A stretch of DNA of 63,117 bases, counting the filler, from Choristocarpus tenellus KU-1152 (lineage: Eukaryota; Protista; Phaeophyceae): assembly GCA_964200185.2 (NCBI GenBank). It is 9 parts of 9 records of this genome, joined end to end, with 100 filler letters (N's around TTAATTAATTAA, not from the genome) between each part and the next. Parts side by side here need not be neighbours in the genome. Positions count along the whole stretch, not along the records: positions 1 to 9,230 come from CAXNAD020003858.1; positions 9,331 to 17,145 come from CAXNAD020005546.1; 7 more parts are not named here. One strand, 5' to 3'. Numbering within the stretch: the first letter of the stretch is position 1; every line of letters starts with the position of its first letter. Shown here in pieces: positions 1 to 11,650 of the stretch. The position numbers and the translations under genes were made by a program. Under the pieces are notes generated by a model. It was not told where the DNA came from and searched no databases. It saw nothing but the letters and a program-made list of their open reading frames with translations.

Positions 1-7
1 CCACAAA

Positions 8-412
8 CTACAGCACAAAACCCTTCACCCCCCCCCCTTCTACCGTATCGCTACTCTTGCGCCCTCGTGCGTCGTCGTGTTCTTCCTCCTCTGTGCCACC
101 CTCCTTGCCTACACCACCATCGGTGCGCTGAGAGCACAGCATTCTCCTCATGTCCCATGTGATAGCACCGTGCCGTCCCATCTGCCCACAGGTAGACATG
201 CGATCCGGAACGAGTGCTACCTGTACCGCTTCGGAACACAGGATCCCAGAGTGGCGCCTCTCTCGCCATGATAGCACACCGCCTGAAAGCGTTGAGCGAG
301 ACTGAAATGTCGCGAAGCCATACAGTCTCCTAGCAAAGACGCATGGCAAAGCATGGCGAGAAGACACCGACGATTTTACCCACTGAATTGACCTGTGATT
401 CAGGCACATCAT
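8..412 (-). CDS. Possible first exon of a gene divergent from BUD13 (hypothetical, organelle-targeting-like N-terminus)
   Basis: Open frame from ATG at 412 (MMCLNHRSIQWVKSSVSSRHALPCVFARRLYGF...), Arg/Ser-rich and then acidic (EEEEHDD), in CpG-rich DNA head-to-head with BUD13. No family motif recognised. Confidence 0.3.
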   Translation of the reverse strand: MMCLNHRSIQWVKSSVSSRHALPCVFARRLYGFATFQSRSTLSGGVLSWRERRHSGILCSEAVQVALVPDRMSTCGQMGRHGAITWDMRRMLCSQRTDGGVGKEGGTEEEEHDDARGRKSSDTVEGGGVKGFVL

Positions 413-770
413 CACTATCAGGCGAGTATTAGTGAGTGCAAAAAGACCCCAAACTGTAGTAGGGAGAGGTTGACGATACCACGGAGATGTTACCACTACG
501 CCATGACAACCCTCGCTCAGAAGTGCTACCCTCACCAGTGAAGCGTAGTCCGATATCCCTTTCCTTCCAGGATCCTGGCAGCTCTCACAACCATGCTTGC
601 ACTCACTTAATGTCTCTCCCACTATACCATCTCCTTACTACTACCAACTCACCTTTGCGACAGTAGAGCCAGTTCAAAAGGTTCTTGCATCACGCCTATT
701 TACGGTGTTGAATATGTGTGAAGGTTACCACTACTACTGACTGTCATAGACCCAAACACTACACATGAAG

Positions 771-3700
771 ATGAGTTCCAAACTTGATTACCTCAAGAAA
801 TACGAGTCCACAGGTAAGACGTACACAAGATGAAGTCCACCCCTCGCGTTGTTTGCTCCATCTCAATAAACTTGCGGCTCCTTTATAACTGGTGTATTGA
901 TGCGGCGTCTTGACAAGACGAAAGTGATATCCAAGAATCGCCCCTATCCTCTTGTTTAAAGGTTATGGAGAATCGAAAAAAAGGAGGAGAAAGAAGGGGT
1001 CCAAGTCCGGTCAGACGGTACCAAAGGTTGTAGGTCTGCGCATAGTGGACGATGAGGCTGATGACAATGTGATGGACTTGATGAAGGTGGAAGAAGCCTG
1101 GGAGGGTCCCGAGGCTGAAGGTGAGCAAAAGTAATTGAGAATTGCATCTTTAGGATCTCAAGAAAAAGGGCAAAAATATGTCATTTTGTACAATTGCAGA
1201 AAGGTTCTTTGCTGAATTGGGGAGTCACTTTGTGTGGAAAGGGGGAATATCGATTTTGCGTACACTGATATGGACATCAAGCAATGAAATAAAGTATTGC
1301 ACAGGGTAAGAAAGATGACTTCGATTGCTGAAGGGTTCAAACCTGCCTACCTCTCAATATCTCTGGCTCAGTGCCAGATGTGCGATTGGTTGTTTGTGAA
1401 ATGTAACGTATGCAGAGATGCATATTTCACTGATACAAGTTGTCGAGTCTGAGGAAGGTGTTTTTCTGAGCCACATGTTCTTCTCTTGGTGATGGCTCTT
1501 TACAAAAAATACCCTGGTCTGTCCTACGCACATAACATTACGATGCAAGAGTGACAATTGCTCAGAATCCCTCTTGTGTACCTGACGTTGCCGGTCCTTG
1601 GTTCTTACAGAAGAAAAGCCTGTGGTTATGGCAGCCTCGGAGGCGAAAAAGATGCCTACAGGTTCCTGGGTTTCGGTTGAGGAGGCACCTTTGGGTAAAG
1701 TGACGTTTTCCGGTGGAGGAGACCAATCACCCCCTCGTAGGAAGAAGAGAGGGGCTGAAAGTAACTCACGAGATCTATCTCCCCCCCGGAGGAAACGACA
1801 CGACAGCCCAGTGGTACAGAGTGAAGATACCTCTCCCCCGCGGAAGAAGAGACATGACTCACCAATACGAGATGCTTCCCCTCCCCGAAGAAGACTGTGG
1901 GACAGTTCAGTATCTCATGGTGATGATGCCTCCCCTCCCCGCAGGAAAAAAAGGCGTGAATTGCACACTCTAGGTATGTCACCACCGAGGCAACGGCATG
2001 ACAACATACCAGTACAGGAAGATGATGCCTCCCCCCCATGTAGGAATAGGAATGGTTATGGAGGCTCTGGTGAGGACGTTTCCCCCCCCCGAAGGAGGAG
2101 GCATGATAGTCCCAGTTCGCCACAGGGGAAGGATTCCTCCAATATCTACAAGGCTGCTGGGAAGCACCATACCCTATCCAAAGATACCTCTCCCCAACGG
2201 CGAAATAGGGAAGGGATAAATAACAGTACAAGAGGGCATGGGGATGATAAGGTGGTAGAAAGTTCGAGGAAGAGACAAGAGCATGGTGACTCTGGTGGTG
2301 TGGTTAAGGGGAGGGAGGTGACCGCTAAGATCCATGTGGATAAGGGTGCTCGTGCAAAGACATCATCTGGATTCTATGCAGGGCTACAGTCTGGTGAGGA
2401 CTTCAAGGCTGTGGAGCAGCATCTGAAGAACAAGCACGTGAGGTCCTTTAGCGACGCCACTTCTCTCAAACACATCATGCATAATAAAAACACTGGAAAG
2501 CAGAACATAAAATTGTTAGGAATTGGCTGGTCACTGACCCTGATTCATGGGCACCTGAGACAATAATTCAGTGGCAATTTGAAAAAATGATGCTGTGTGC
2601 AAAGACTTAGCGAGGACTGTCTTAAGGAAATCGTGTGACAATGATGATGATGATATGGTGGGACAAAGCATTGAGATGTTGCATGATCCATGAGTCATTT
2701 TTTACCTTGCCTTGCACTGCTTTGTGTATCTGATTGTCATTGTGCTTCAAACCATCTGCCAGAGGGCGGAGATGGCTGGGGCAGATGCTGAAAGGTCTGG
2801 TGCTGGTGCTGAGACAGTGTACCGTGACAGGAAGGGTCGCAAGTTGGATATGCTCAACGAAATGATTCGGCAGCAGGACGCCAGAGCTGGAAAAAAGGTG
2901 CATATATCAACAATCCAGGGTTTGGGGGAGGCACTGGTAGTTGTTAAGGGGAAGGTTAAGGGACAGTGTGGTTGTCTCTGTGGTGGGAATGGCATAGGTG
3001 ATGTTGCTCATCTCTTGCCAGCAGCAGTCAAAAACAATGTTGATGTGCCTGATGATCATCATTAACCTCTCTGGCCATCCTCTTCTATGATGGCAAGGCT
3101 TCTTGTGAATGCATTGCCTGGGATTATTTTGCAGCAATGCAGGGGACTATTGCCTGTGACATGGTGTGCCTGCCTCCTTTTCGGTTTCACTCCACCCCCC
3201 CCCCTCCAACACCTCCACCATAAGGCAATGGACCCTTTCTTGTTAGTGAAGTTATCTTTTGTGAACCTCTAATCTCTCAGTCACCCACGTATTTTCCCCC
3301 TGCTGCCTCTCCATCCCATCTCACCACCCTCAGGTGCAGCAGGCAAAGGAGGCATTTGAGTGGGGCCGGGGCAAAGTGCAGAAGGAGGAAGAGAAGCAAT
3401 TTAAGGAAGAGGTTGAAAACATTGCACAAGAGCCCTTTGCTCGGTCCATAGAAGATTCCCGCCTAGAGGCAGCAAAGAAGGAGGCCATCCGCGACGGTGA
3501 CCCAATGGCGGCATCTATCATGAAGGCATGTTTTCTTGACCTTTAGACCTGTGCCCATTAGTGGTCATTAGTGGTCATTCACTCTTGCAAAGAATTTCCC
3601 TCCTCCACTTCCAAAACTCCCTCCACTTGGCTAAACAGTTGTGTGCTATGGTTGTTAGGATTTTCCTCTTGGGGGTATTGAAATGGTCGTTGGAACATCT

Positions 3701-5818
3701 CTAGTTTGCCCTTGAACCTCCCTGCAGTAGATATTGAAGTACTATGAATACTCTGCAGTAGGTATATTTAAGTACAAAACAATGTTTTGTACATAATCAC
3801 TTGGTGGTTGCTTCAAAGATTTTTCTTCAAGGGTGTGGAAAGATATATAAACCAGCAGAATATTCACACACACACCCTCATACACACCCTCCTATGTGCC
3901 TAATTGGGCTCCCTGTGAAGTTAGCATATCTTGGACAAGATGTAAGTAACTTTCAATAAGCACGTGTGGAGATAAAAGTGACCTGTGTATTTTTGGGAAC
4001 CTTGCATTTTGGATTAGCACAGAAAAAGCTAACAAATAATACCCTCCAATGGATGAGGCCAGTGAGCAGGAAAGAGATTTAACCCTTCTGTACTCCCCCC
4101 TTCCCACCGGAGCAGTTGGGAGCATCTTACATACTGTGTCCTCTGATGTCCATTTTGCGTCCAAATGAGGATCTTCTGTTGATGATTTACGCTCGTGCAG
4201 CTCACTCCCACTCCCTGAAAACCTCCCCCCACCAACTATCATTCCCTAAATCCTTCTACAGCAAAACCTTGAGCATTTGGTGTTTCTTTCCGCCATGACT
4301 CTTATCACTTCTCCATGCATGTTATATTTAAATATATTATATTATGTGCATGTCAGAAGCGTAATCAGGCCATGGCCAAGAGTGGGAAGCCGGTGAAGAA
4401 GGAGTACAAGGGTCCTCCCCCTAAGCCTAACAGGTGAAGTCAAGCAGCAACGAGAATGCCCACTAGGCCTGTTGTCAGGGTCTGTTGAGGGGGAGGGAAG
4501 GAGCAGGGTAGGGCATTGTACATGGCTTGTTTTGTGCGAAGACATTGAATTTCCTCCATAATATACCTAATGGAGCCCAGTATTGTATGCATGTGGGACT
4601 GTGTTTCAGGGGAGGGTTTGGGGCACTTGAACTCACCATGGGTAGTGCACCTGACCCTATTTTTAAATGTCCTAGGAGGGACCTAGATGAACTCTTTTGG
4701 GGGTGGCACTCCTGTTCTTAGTTTGTTCGGGTAATCTTTTGACATCATCCAAAATCCCTTTGCTATGGGCGTCATTGATTCTATTTTTTAAAATGGGGAT
4801 TGTAGCATGAATCAATCAGAATGTCCCTTGCTGTCATGTAAGCGTAAGGATCGGTTATCTGTGTCTAGCCTTGGGTGACAGTTCCTATAGATAGCAGGAT
4901 TTAACTTGGGGGTAGAGATTGAAGGTGCAAGTTTGAGGGTAAGATGAGGGTCTCATTTTGCTGAGAAATAGGTGCGTGTGTACTCAGAGTGGTTCCCCAA
5001 ATAACTCCATTGTAAATCACCTTGTTGGTACTGTTGGTACTTCCAAGAGTGCCAGTTAAAGGATTTCCCATTAAATGATGCATTGAGACACTGTGTGCAG
5101 ATGGATCTCCCATGTCTCTCGAGTAAGACGACTGACAAACAATTGCTGAACCCTCACATTTTCTTAATACTGGTTATATTTCTGGTAGCCCTAACCCTAA
5201 TATTGACTTTTGCCAACTCGATCTTTACTTTGTTAGTTGAATTGACCTTTAGGATTTTCTCAATCATTGCTTAAACAGTACAGGAAATAACCCTTTCGAG
5301 GTAATGTCTTCTTTTGTCTTTGGAAAGAAGGGGAAAGTGTGAGCTCTGCTGGATCTCCCAGGTTGTCTTTGAAATGACGGTATCTGTCCAACACCAATCT
5401 ATCCGTTGAACATCTTGTATGGATGCTGGTGTGTGAATAGGTGTACACGTTTTTGGATTTGAAAATGACCCAATATCTGTACGTTGAAGTGATGAGATGT
5501 GATGAGAAACATTGAGGTCCCGTACTCTCTAAAAAAAAGATCCGCAAAATATACCAAGAAGGTTTTCAAGAGGCTGTGGCATTATTGGAGCTCAGCCAGA
5601 AATTGATCTAGCAGGAAGAACAGCCCAATTCCATAGAACACAACCTCCCCCCACCCTCCTTGCCTGCCCTCTTTTTGTGCAGGTTTGGTGTCAAGCCAGG
5701 GCACCGATGGGATGGTGTTGACCGTGGAAATGGATGGGAGGAGAAAATCGTTGCCAAGGCTGTTGAGGGGCGCTACAAGGAAGACCTGGCTTACCAGTGG
5801 GCATCAGCAGATATGTAG
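771..5818 (+). CDS. BUD13: Pre-mRNA splicing factor BUD13/CWC26 (RES complex); exons 771-813, 962-1120, 1611-2437, 2763-2897, 3334-3525, 4357-4433, 5683-5818
   Basis: The exons join in phase and give MSSKLDYLKKY, GLRIVDDE, repeated DxSPPRR..[68 protein letters not shown] and the ending AYQWASADM*. These are Bud13-family hallmarks. An alternative ATG lies at 765. Confidence 0.96.
1225..1358 (+). repeat. Diverged interspersed repeat, copy 1 (BUD13 intron 2); second copy at ~9035-9160
   Basis: Shared blocks gtggaaag, gcacagggtaaga and tgcctacctctcaat occur in the same order in both copies. Confidence 0.7.
1716..2205 (+). repeat. Coding degenerate repeats (D-x-S-P-P-R-R-x-x-H-D-S) in BUD13 exon 3
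   Basis: About nine SPPR(R/K)-type units are visible in ORF 1598..2566. Confidence 0.85.
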
Positions 5819-6657
5819 TGTAAGATGGGAGGGGGGGGGGGCAGATTTGACCCATGGAGAATAGTGTGGTGTGTGTAAGGTGTCTTCTGTGTACCTGGTG
5901 TTACTAATCTAGGCAAGATCAGCTTTGGGTTTTGAGAGAAGGGACACTTGACAAGAGTACTTAACACCTACATTGTCAACAAGGGGGGTTGTGCTTAATC
6001 CCTGATTGGTTGGAGATGAGTTGAGGACCATGAGACAATACAGATGATTCTTGGTTTTGATATAGAGCCAACAAGAAGGTTGGAGTTACTGCCTGTTGTG
6101 TGGAAAACACAGGATATGCCTGGTATGAATTGAGCACAATATTTTAACCCATTCTGTGTTGGTGGCGACAGTAATTGCTATCCTCCTGCTCATATGTACA
6201 AACCGTACTGTACCAAAGACCCCACCCAATTGCAGAAGCACTCCCATCCTCACTTTGCGATGTGACTCAGGCACCGTGATGCACACTCTGTATTTCCCAT
6301 TGCTCTTTATTTTTTCTCCTTGCAGCTGTGATGGGAGCTGCTACAATAAGGGTTTGCCTCTGCCTCATTGTTGTGGCTATACCTATATTTGATTGTGGTG
6401 CCTCAAGTTGCGTCTGGTCAACTGCGCCTCCTTGGCTTCTGTGTAAAGTGTTTAGATTTTGAGGTACTTTCCTGTGCTTGTAGGCTGCTTGCTCCTTGCA
6501 GTAAATGTTGTCCCCCACGTACTCTTTGCCGTCGATATGCAGCAAATGCATAGTCACCTGGTGAGGACCCTGTCCAAGATAGTCCTTTTCCACGGATGAT
6601 CCAAACTTAGGGTAGTGATGAGCAAATCCCACTGATGGAGTTGGTGCAATAATGTGG

Positions 6658-8646
6658 TTAATCTAGCATCACCCATCGAGGGGTACGGGAAGTGCGGAAC
6701 TCAACAGAGCTGCCTACCCCTGTTGGGATGGATGTAGGGGGAGTTGTCCAATCAAGCACGTTTCCCTGTGTATTTTCGCCATCTGTAACATCAAAGCACA
6801 TGTCCTGTTGATTGGCGTTGAAGAGGAAATGTATCAGTATGATAATCGGTGTTGCCTGATGATCCACATAGGGTGCATTGCTCTACACCTTGGAGGCGAG
6901 TATGGCGCCCTTGCTTTCATCTCTTGTGTCCTGGAGTGGAGGCTACAGCCACACAGCAAGCTCATGCGAGCCATTGTTAGGGGTCAGAGGGTTAAGATTT
7001 GCTTCGTTTGAGATTAGTACATTTGGAATCTACATCTTCCGTCGCTGTTTCTGATAGACACCTTCTCGTGCAGGGAAGGTGTGATTGAATGCAGCCTTCT
7101 CATGATATCTAGATCTTGAGTTGCTGACTATGACCTTCTCACCGGATTCTGCTTGCTGAGACGCCGGCATAGTCGATCCGGTGACATCCCCATGTCCAGC
7201 CACTTTGCAATTTCAGCCTGGTTAAGATAAAGTGGGCAATAAAGATCAAAGACAAGCAACCATAATTATGAACATTATTTTTTAAGGCACAACAATAATG
7301 CAGCTTCTAAAGTAGATGTATATGTACATCTGTGGTGTTTATACACTCAAGTAGATAGTACTTTTGAGTTTGCATGTTGTTCTGTCTTTGACAGGGACAA
7401 GTGGCTGTTGGTAGATATTGTGAAGAGTGCAAGATGGTTCTTGCAGTGACTTTTGAGTCCCAGCCTTAGGTTTGGGTTGTGTTAAGACCATTGTTTCAAA
7501 GCTAAGAAAGAGCTAGCTCACTGCATGCACTGATAGAAATGTTGTCAATTGGAGGAACGGAAAATTAGGGTGCACACAAAGGTGAAGAAAAAGACTAAGA
7601 AAAAATTTCCTTGACATGGAACGTGTCTAGATGACCGCTTCACAGATTGCTCGTCTCATATTCCAAACTTGTTTTTTCTCACCGCAAAGGGCTCAATATA
7701 ATAACATACACGCTGCTGGTTCCCAGTGAGAAAGCTCTGCTTGCAGTACCTGTAATCAGTGTGGAGTTTGATGAAGTCAATGAACCAGGGACACAAGATA
7801 CTCCACACATAAAGAGGAGGGTGAACTCTTGAGGTGCATCTTTGTCCGGGAGCAATAGAACGCAGGGGAAAATGAGATCAATCAAGGTCCGAGTACCGTC
7901 AAATGGAATACCTTCCTGCTCACCTCTTGAGAGCAACCTCATATGTAAATTCAACTCCAGGGTTACCACCTTCTGGCTTGTGCAGCACAAAAGGCATTTC
8001 GTCGTGCAAATGAACAAGCCCCTGTACGAGAGTGATAAAGGACCACCGTGTCAAGGTGCTGGAAGTCTGCACCCACTGAGTGCGAAACGTCACTTTACTC
8101 TCCATAGTTCTTGCTTTCGTTAAGGAACAACTGGAACGGGCGCGGAAAAATCCCTGGCCAAGGCAACAGGTAATGCCATAAGCTCTCACTCACCCACCTC
8201 TTCAAAATATGTTATGAAAGACGGACGAAATGAGAAGGAGTAAACCAGTTGCTCGACCCTGCCTCATGAATGGAAACCATCATTATGTGCTCCTCTCACT
8301 ACTACCGCCCTCGCTTTTTACAAGATCGCCCCAGCTTACAGCTCACCTGTACGACTCCCACACACACTGCAAGTTAAGATAGCAGGTACAGGGACAGAAT
8401 CAGTGCGAGGATTTGATATATGCAATAGCTTCAAGGTTTGGATCCGGTCCAATGGGGCCCGACGTCGAGATTCTGTGGCTTGTGCTGTTTGCTCGACTGT
8501 CGCTATTACAACAATTAGAGGCGATTAGTACCTGTGCATTCGCCCCCTGGATTTGAATAGTTACACAAGTATTGTCCTGCGACTTCCACCATGAGCCAAC
8601 CCCCTACCACAGCTGCGAACCTTATTGCTGTTGTCCAGACGCACAT
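6658..8646 (-). CDS. Secreted MANF/CDNF/ARMET-like saposin-fold protein (173 aa); exons 8646-8532, 8366-8347, 8021-7924, 7749-7683, 7217-7143, 6804-6658
   Basis: All introns are GT-AG and in phase. The product is a signal-peptide-like MCVWTTAIRFAAVVGGWLMVEVAG followed by GECTVCVGVVQGL...EVALKRYCKQ...QQRVCYYIEPFAAEIAKWLDMGMSPDRLCRRLSKQNPDMC. This has the six-Cys pattern and CYYI motif of the ARMET N-terminal domain. Confidence 0.85.
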
Positions 8647-9034
8647 CAATCTCACGAAACCACTGCAATATCGTAGAACATAAGGTAACTACTGTTGATT
8701 TTTGTACTCTTTACTTTCGATACTCGTAACCACTGCTATCAAATAGTAATGTACATGTACTAAACAAAAAAAATTGTCCCGTTAAAACTTTTTTGGGAAG
8801 ATGTACGTGTATCAGGGTAGAACAGGGACCAAACTATATGCCAACGACTACTCTGATTTTGTCAGGCCTTTAGAGATGATGTACCCAATTCCATATGATG
8901 GATGAATGGAATGATGATGGTAAATCTTTCAAATTTTGTTTCCATCTTAAAGGACTGCTAGTACAGAATCAAACCGAGAGGTAGGCAGGGTTGCATTTTA
9001 AGGAAAGTGTCTTAGCTGAATTGTCGTGTCCCTC

Positions 9035-9160
9035 TGTGAGTGGAAAGAGGGACTATCAGTTTTGCATACCTTATTGTGCACATGAATGAAATCGAATAGG
9101 CACAGGGTAAGATAGAGGACTTAGAATGCAAAAAGGTTCCAAACTTGCCTACCTCTCAAT
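9035..9160 (+). repeat. Diverged interspersed repeat, copy 2 (upstream of the MANF-like gene)
   Basis: Collinear similarity to 1225-1358. Confidence 0.7.
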
Positions 9161-9230
9161 TACTGGTTTGGCTCTACAGTAAACAGCGGATCAAGATAAT
9201 GGCGGATGGATCATTTCATGGAGGATGGAT

Positions 9231-9330
9231 NNNNNNNNNNNNNNNNNNNNNNNNNNNNNNNNNNNNNNNNNNNNTTAATTAATTAANNNNNNNNNNNNNN
9301 NNNNNNNNNNNNNNNNNNNNNNNNNNNNNN
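9231..9330. other. Artificial contig linker N44-TTAATTAATTAA-N44
   Basis: Identical 100-nt spacer with stops in all six frames, repeated 8 times in the window. Confidence 0.99.
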
Positions 9331-9408
9331 AATGGCCTTGTCCACTAAGACAAACCCCGTCCCATCCTGAACTCTGGTCATGCCCCGATTGTGCTCAACC
9401 TTTCACAG

Positions 9409-9991
9409 GCGAGCAAGATCTTTGGGGGATGTGGTGGGATCTCTTGGTTCAGGTAATGGTGCAGGAACCGTTTTGGCTACAGTAATGGCAGTGGTAGGGG
9501 TTACAGCTGTTGCCTTGTTTTCCATGGGTAAGGGCAGAAGCTGAGATGTGAGGGTCTTCTAATGCACTGCCCAAAAACAAAGGCATTATGGAAGAAGACT
9601 TGCCAACTGTGAACAGGGCAACTCGAGATATTGATGGAGGAACTTTAGGATTGTCGGGTATGAGGTATCTAAAATGTAGTTACTATAGACATCAGTAGTT
9701 TGACTTGTGGAGGCTTACACCAATGTACTATTGCGGTAATGTTGCACACTAAAGCCTGCTGAACCAAAATGGAATGCTGATTGATAGGTGGTGATGGAAT
9801 GAAGTGTAGGGGAGGGAGATGGTTGAATTTTGTCAAGCCTCTGTGTTGTTCTTGAGTGCAAGTTTTCCCACCCATTGATGTTTATTCCAGGAGGAGATGG
9901 GGATTTTGATGATGAATTAAATGCTTCAAGACTTCGAGGAGGTGATAGACTGGAAAAATATTTTGGATTTTTTTTTTCCTTAAGTAGATAG
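9409..9991 (+). CDS. Possible 3' exons of a hypothetical membrane protein (5' part lost at the contig edge)
   Basis: Acceptor tttcacag at 9408, then RARSLGDVVGSLGSGNGAGTVLATVMAVVGVTAVALFSM (hydrophobic segment). Phase-compatible exons follow at ~9583-9657 and 9891-9991. No homology recognised. Confidence 0.3.
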
Positions 9992-10471
9992 CTACTACTA
10001 GGCTAGCTATCTCTGTAGCTGCTATCTCTTTCCCTTACATCTATATTTGTTGTAATTTAGATAATAATAACGTATAGTGAGTGCCGTAACACATGTTTTT
10101 GATCAATATTTCTGAAGTGCAGGAATGGATTTCGCATGTATTTGAAAAGGAAAGGTGCTTTGGTGAGTAGATTATAGTATTAGAAAGCACTATGAGATGG
10201 GACAACATTCTGCCTGGAAGGGTGACTTGTAGTAGAGATGGTGAGCATTTCTAACTTACCCTGTATCATAGGGCTAATCTTGACCTCTCTGTCCATAACA
10301 TTTCAAAATGTAGTGGTATCTACAGCATGCTGCACAGGGTGAGAGGCATAGCTGGTTGGGCTTCACCATGACTTTAACCAGTACTTGAAGCTGCCTTGAT
10401 GATTCCCCAACTATGTATTGGAGCATTATCACCCACCTAACTCTTCCTTTCACACAGTGTAACATATTAAT

Positions 10472-10652
10472 GGCTCAAAGTATCTGGGGGGGGGAAGGGG
10501 GGTCTACAACAGGGTGTCCATCCAGGCCCTGGCCAGGAGAAGTGAACTTACATCATCCATCCAACGAATGCAACCAAATCACCCAAAAATCGTGGCATGG
10601 AAACATGGGCTCCAAATGGACAGCCGCCACCTCCCCCCAGATAGTTTGAGTC
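10472..10652 (+). mobile_element. MITE family B (~175 bp), full copy
   Basis: TIRs ggctcaaagtatctggggg / ccccccagatagtttgagtc, flanked by aat/aat. Homologous to 20214-20383, 17046-17145 and 37574-37609. Confidence 0.8.
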
Positions 10653-11074
10653 AATAGTATCAGAATGGTTGTCAACTCTAGATGTTACATGATCTATGCA
10701 AGGCCCTGCAGTGGTACAAATTATTGACATCACAACAGTGAATGAATTCTGTGGTGTTGTGAATCGCAATAGGATTAATGGGAGGTAATTTTTGATTGGT
10801 CGTTTTTCTCGCGAATGTGCGTTGCGAGCATTGCACACGGAGCTCGGCGTTTTTCGCACTTCTGTACGTGCGCTGAGTACGTTTTGGTTATAGTCAGTTA
10901 CATGGATTTTTTTTTGGCGATCTAAGCTATACTCTCAAATACTTTCGTTTCACAGCACTAGAAACCTGAACGACACTTGCAGATGCAGGGGGTTGGAGGT
11001 GGGGACTGTTTGGGGTTGGAGGTGTTCTGACATAGTTCTTTGCATGTAAGTTTGGTGGACTATTCATGTCCAGC

Positions 11075-11650
11075 CTACACAAAAGCTGAGTGTTGCAGGA
11101 GGATGGGGAATGGAGCAAGTTGTTTGCATTGGGCAATGGTGAAGATGGTTGGACTGTGACCACACATCCACCTGTAGGTTGCTGGGTGCCCCAGTATCTT
11201 GTATCTTATCCTTCCCTTCACTGTGTAAGTTAAGTTGAAGGTGGTTATTGAACTCTTTTGTGTTGGTAATTCCATATTATGTACCTGTGACGTGTTGGTA
11301 ATTCTTGACCAGAATTGCATTGTCCAAATGATAGATAAACAAAATGTGTGCTCACAACTATTTACGGGTAGGTTATTTTGTACCATTTTGTTTTTCCTAT
11401 AATGCTCAGTGTCTGTTTCAAATTTGATTCCTGCCTGCATCATTTCCCACTCAGGCACATTACACATAATTGTTTTCACTGGCATAAATCGAGTTTATAA
11501 GGGTTGCACGACTTGGTCTTGATGGCGATCTCCTTGATGCCCTACTTTTTGGTTCTCCCATGAAATGATATTTTATGGTTATAGATACTTTTTCAAGCTT
11601 TTTGTGTTTCCTCCAGGAAGAGAATGTACGCATTCTTAAATTATGGATTT
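11075..11650 (-). mobile_element. Probable degraded non-LTR retrotransposon RT remnant
   Basis: ORF fragment ...FNLTYTVKGRIRYKILGHP resembles the LINE RT (F/Y)KYLG region. The surrounding frames are broken. Confidence 0.3.

Noticed and set aside
1656-2231. 191-aa minus-strand ORF
   Set aside because: Antisense shadow of BUD13 exon 3.
8198-8258. Candidate exon VEQLVYSFSFRPSFITYFEE in the MANF-like gene
   Set aside because: Its phase is incompatible with the microexon that completes CxxC. Skipping it gives the proper saposin pattern.
9275-9286. Recurring TTAATTAATTAA as a biological repeat or CRISPR-like array
   Set aside because: It is always centred in exactly 100 nt of N padding, so it is a synthetic linker.
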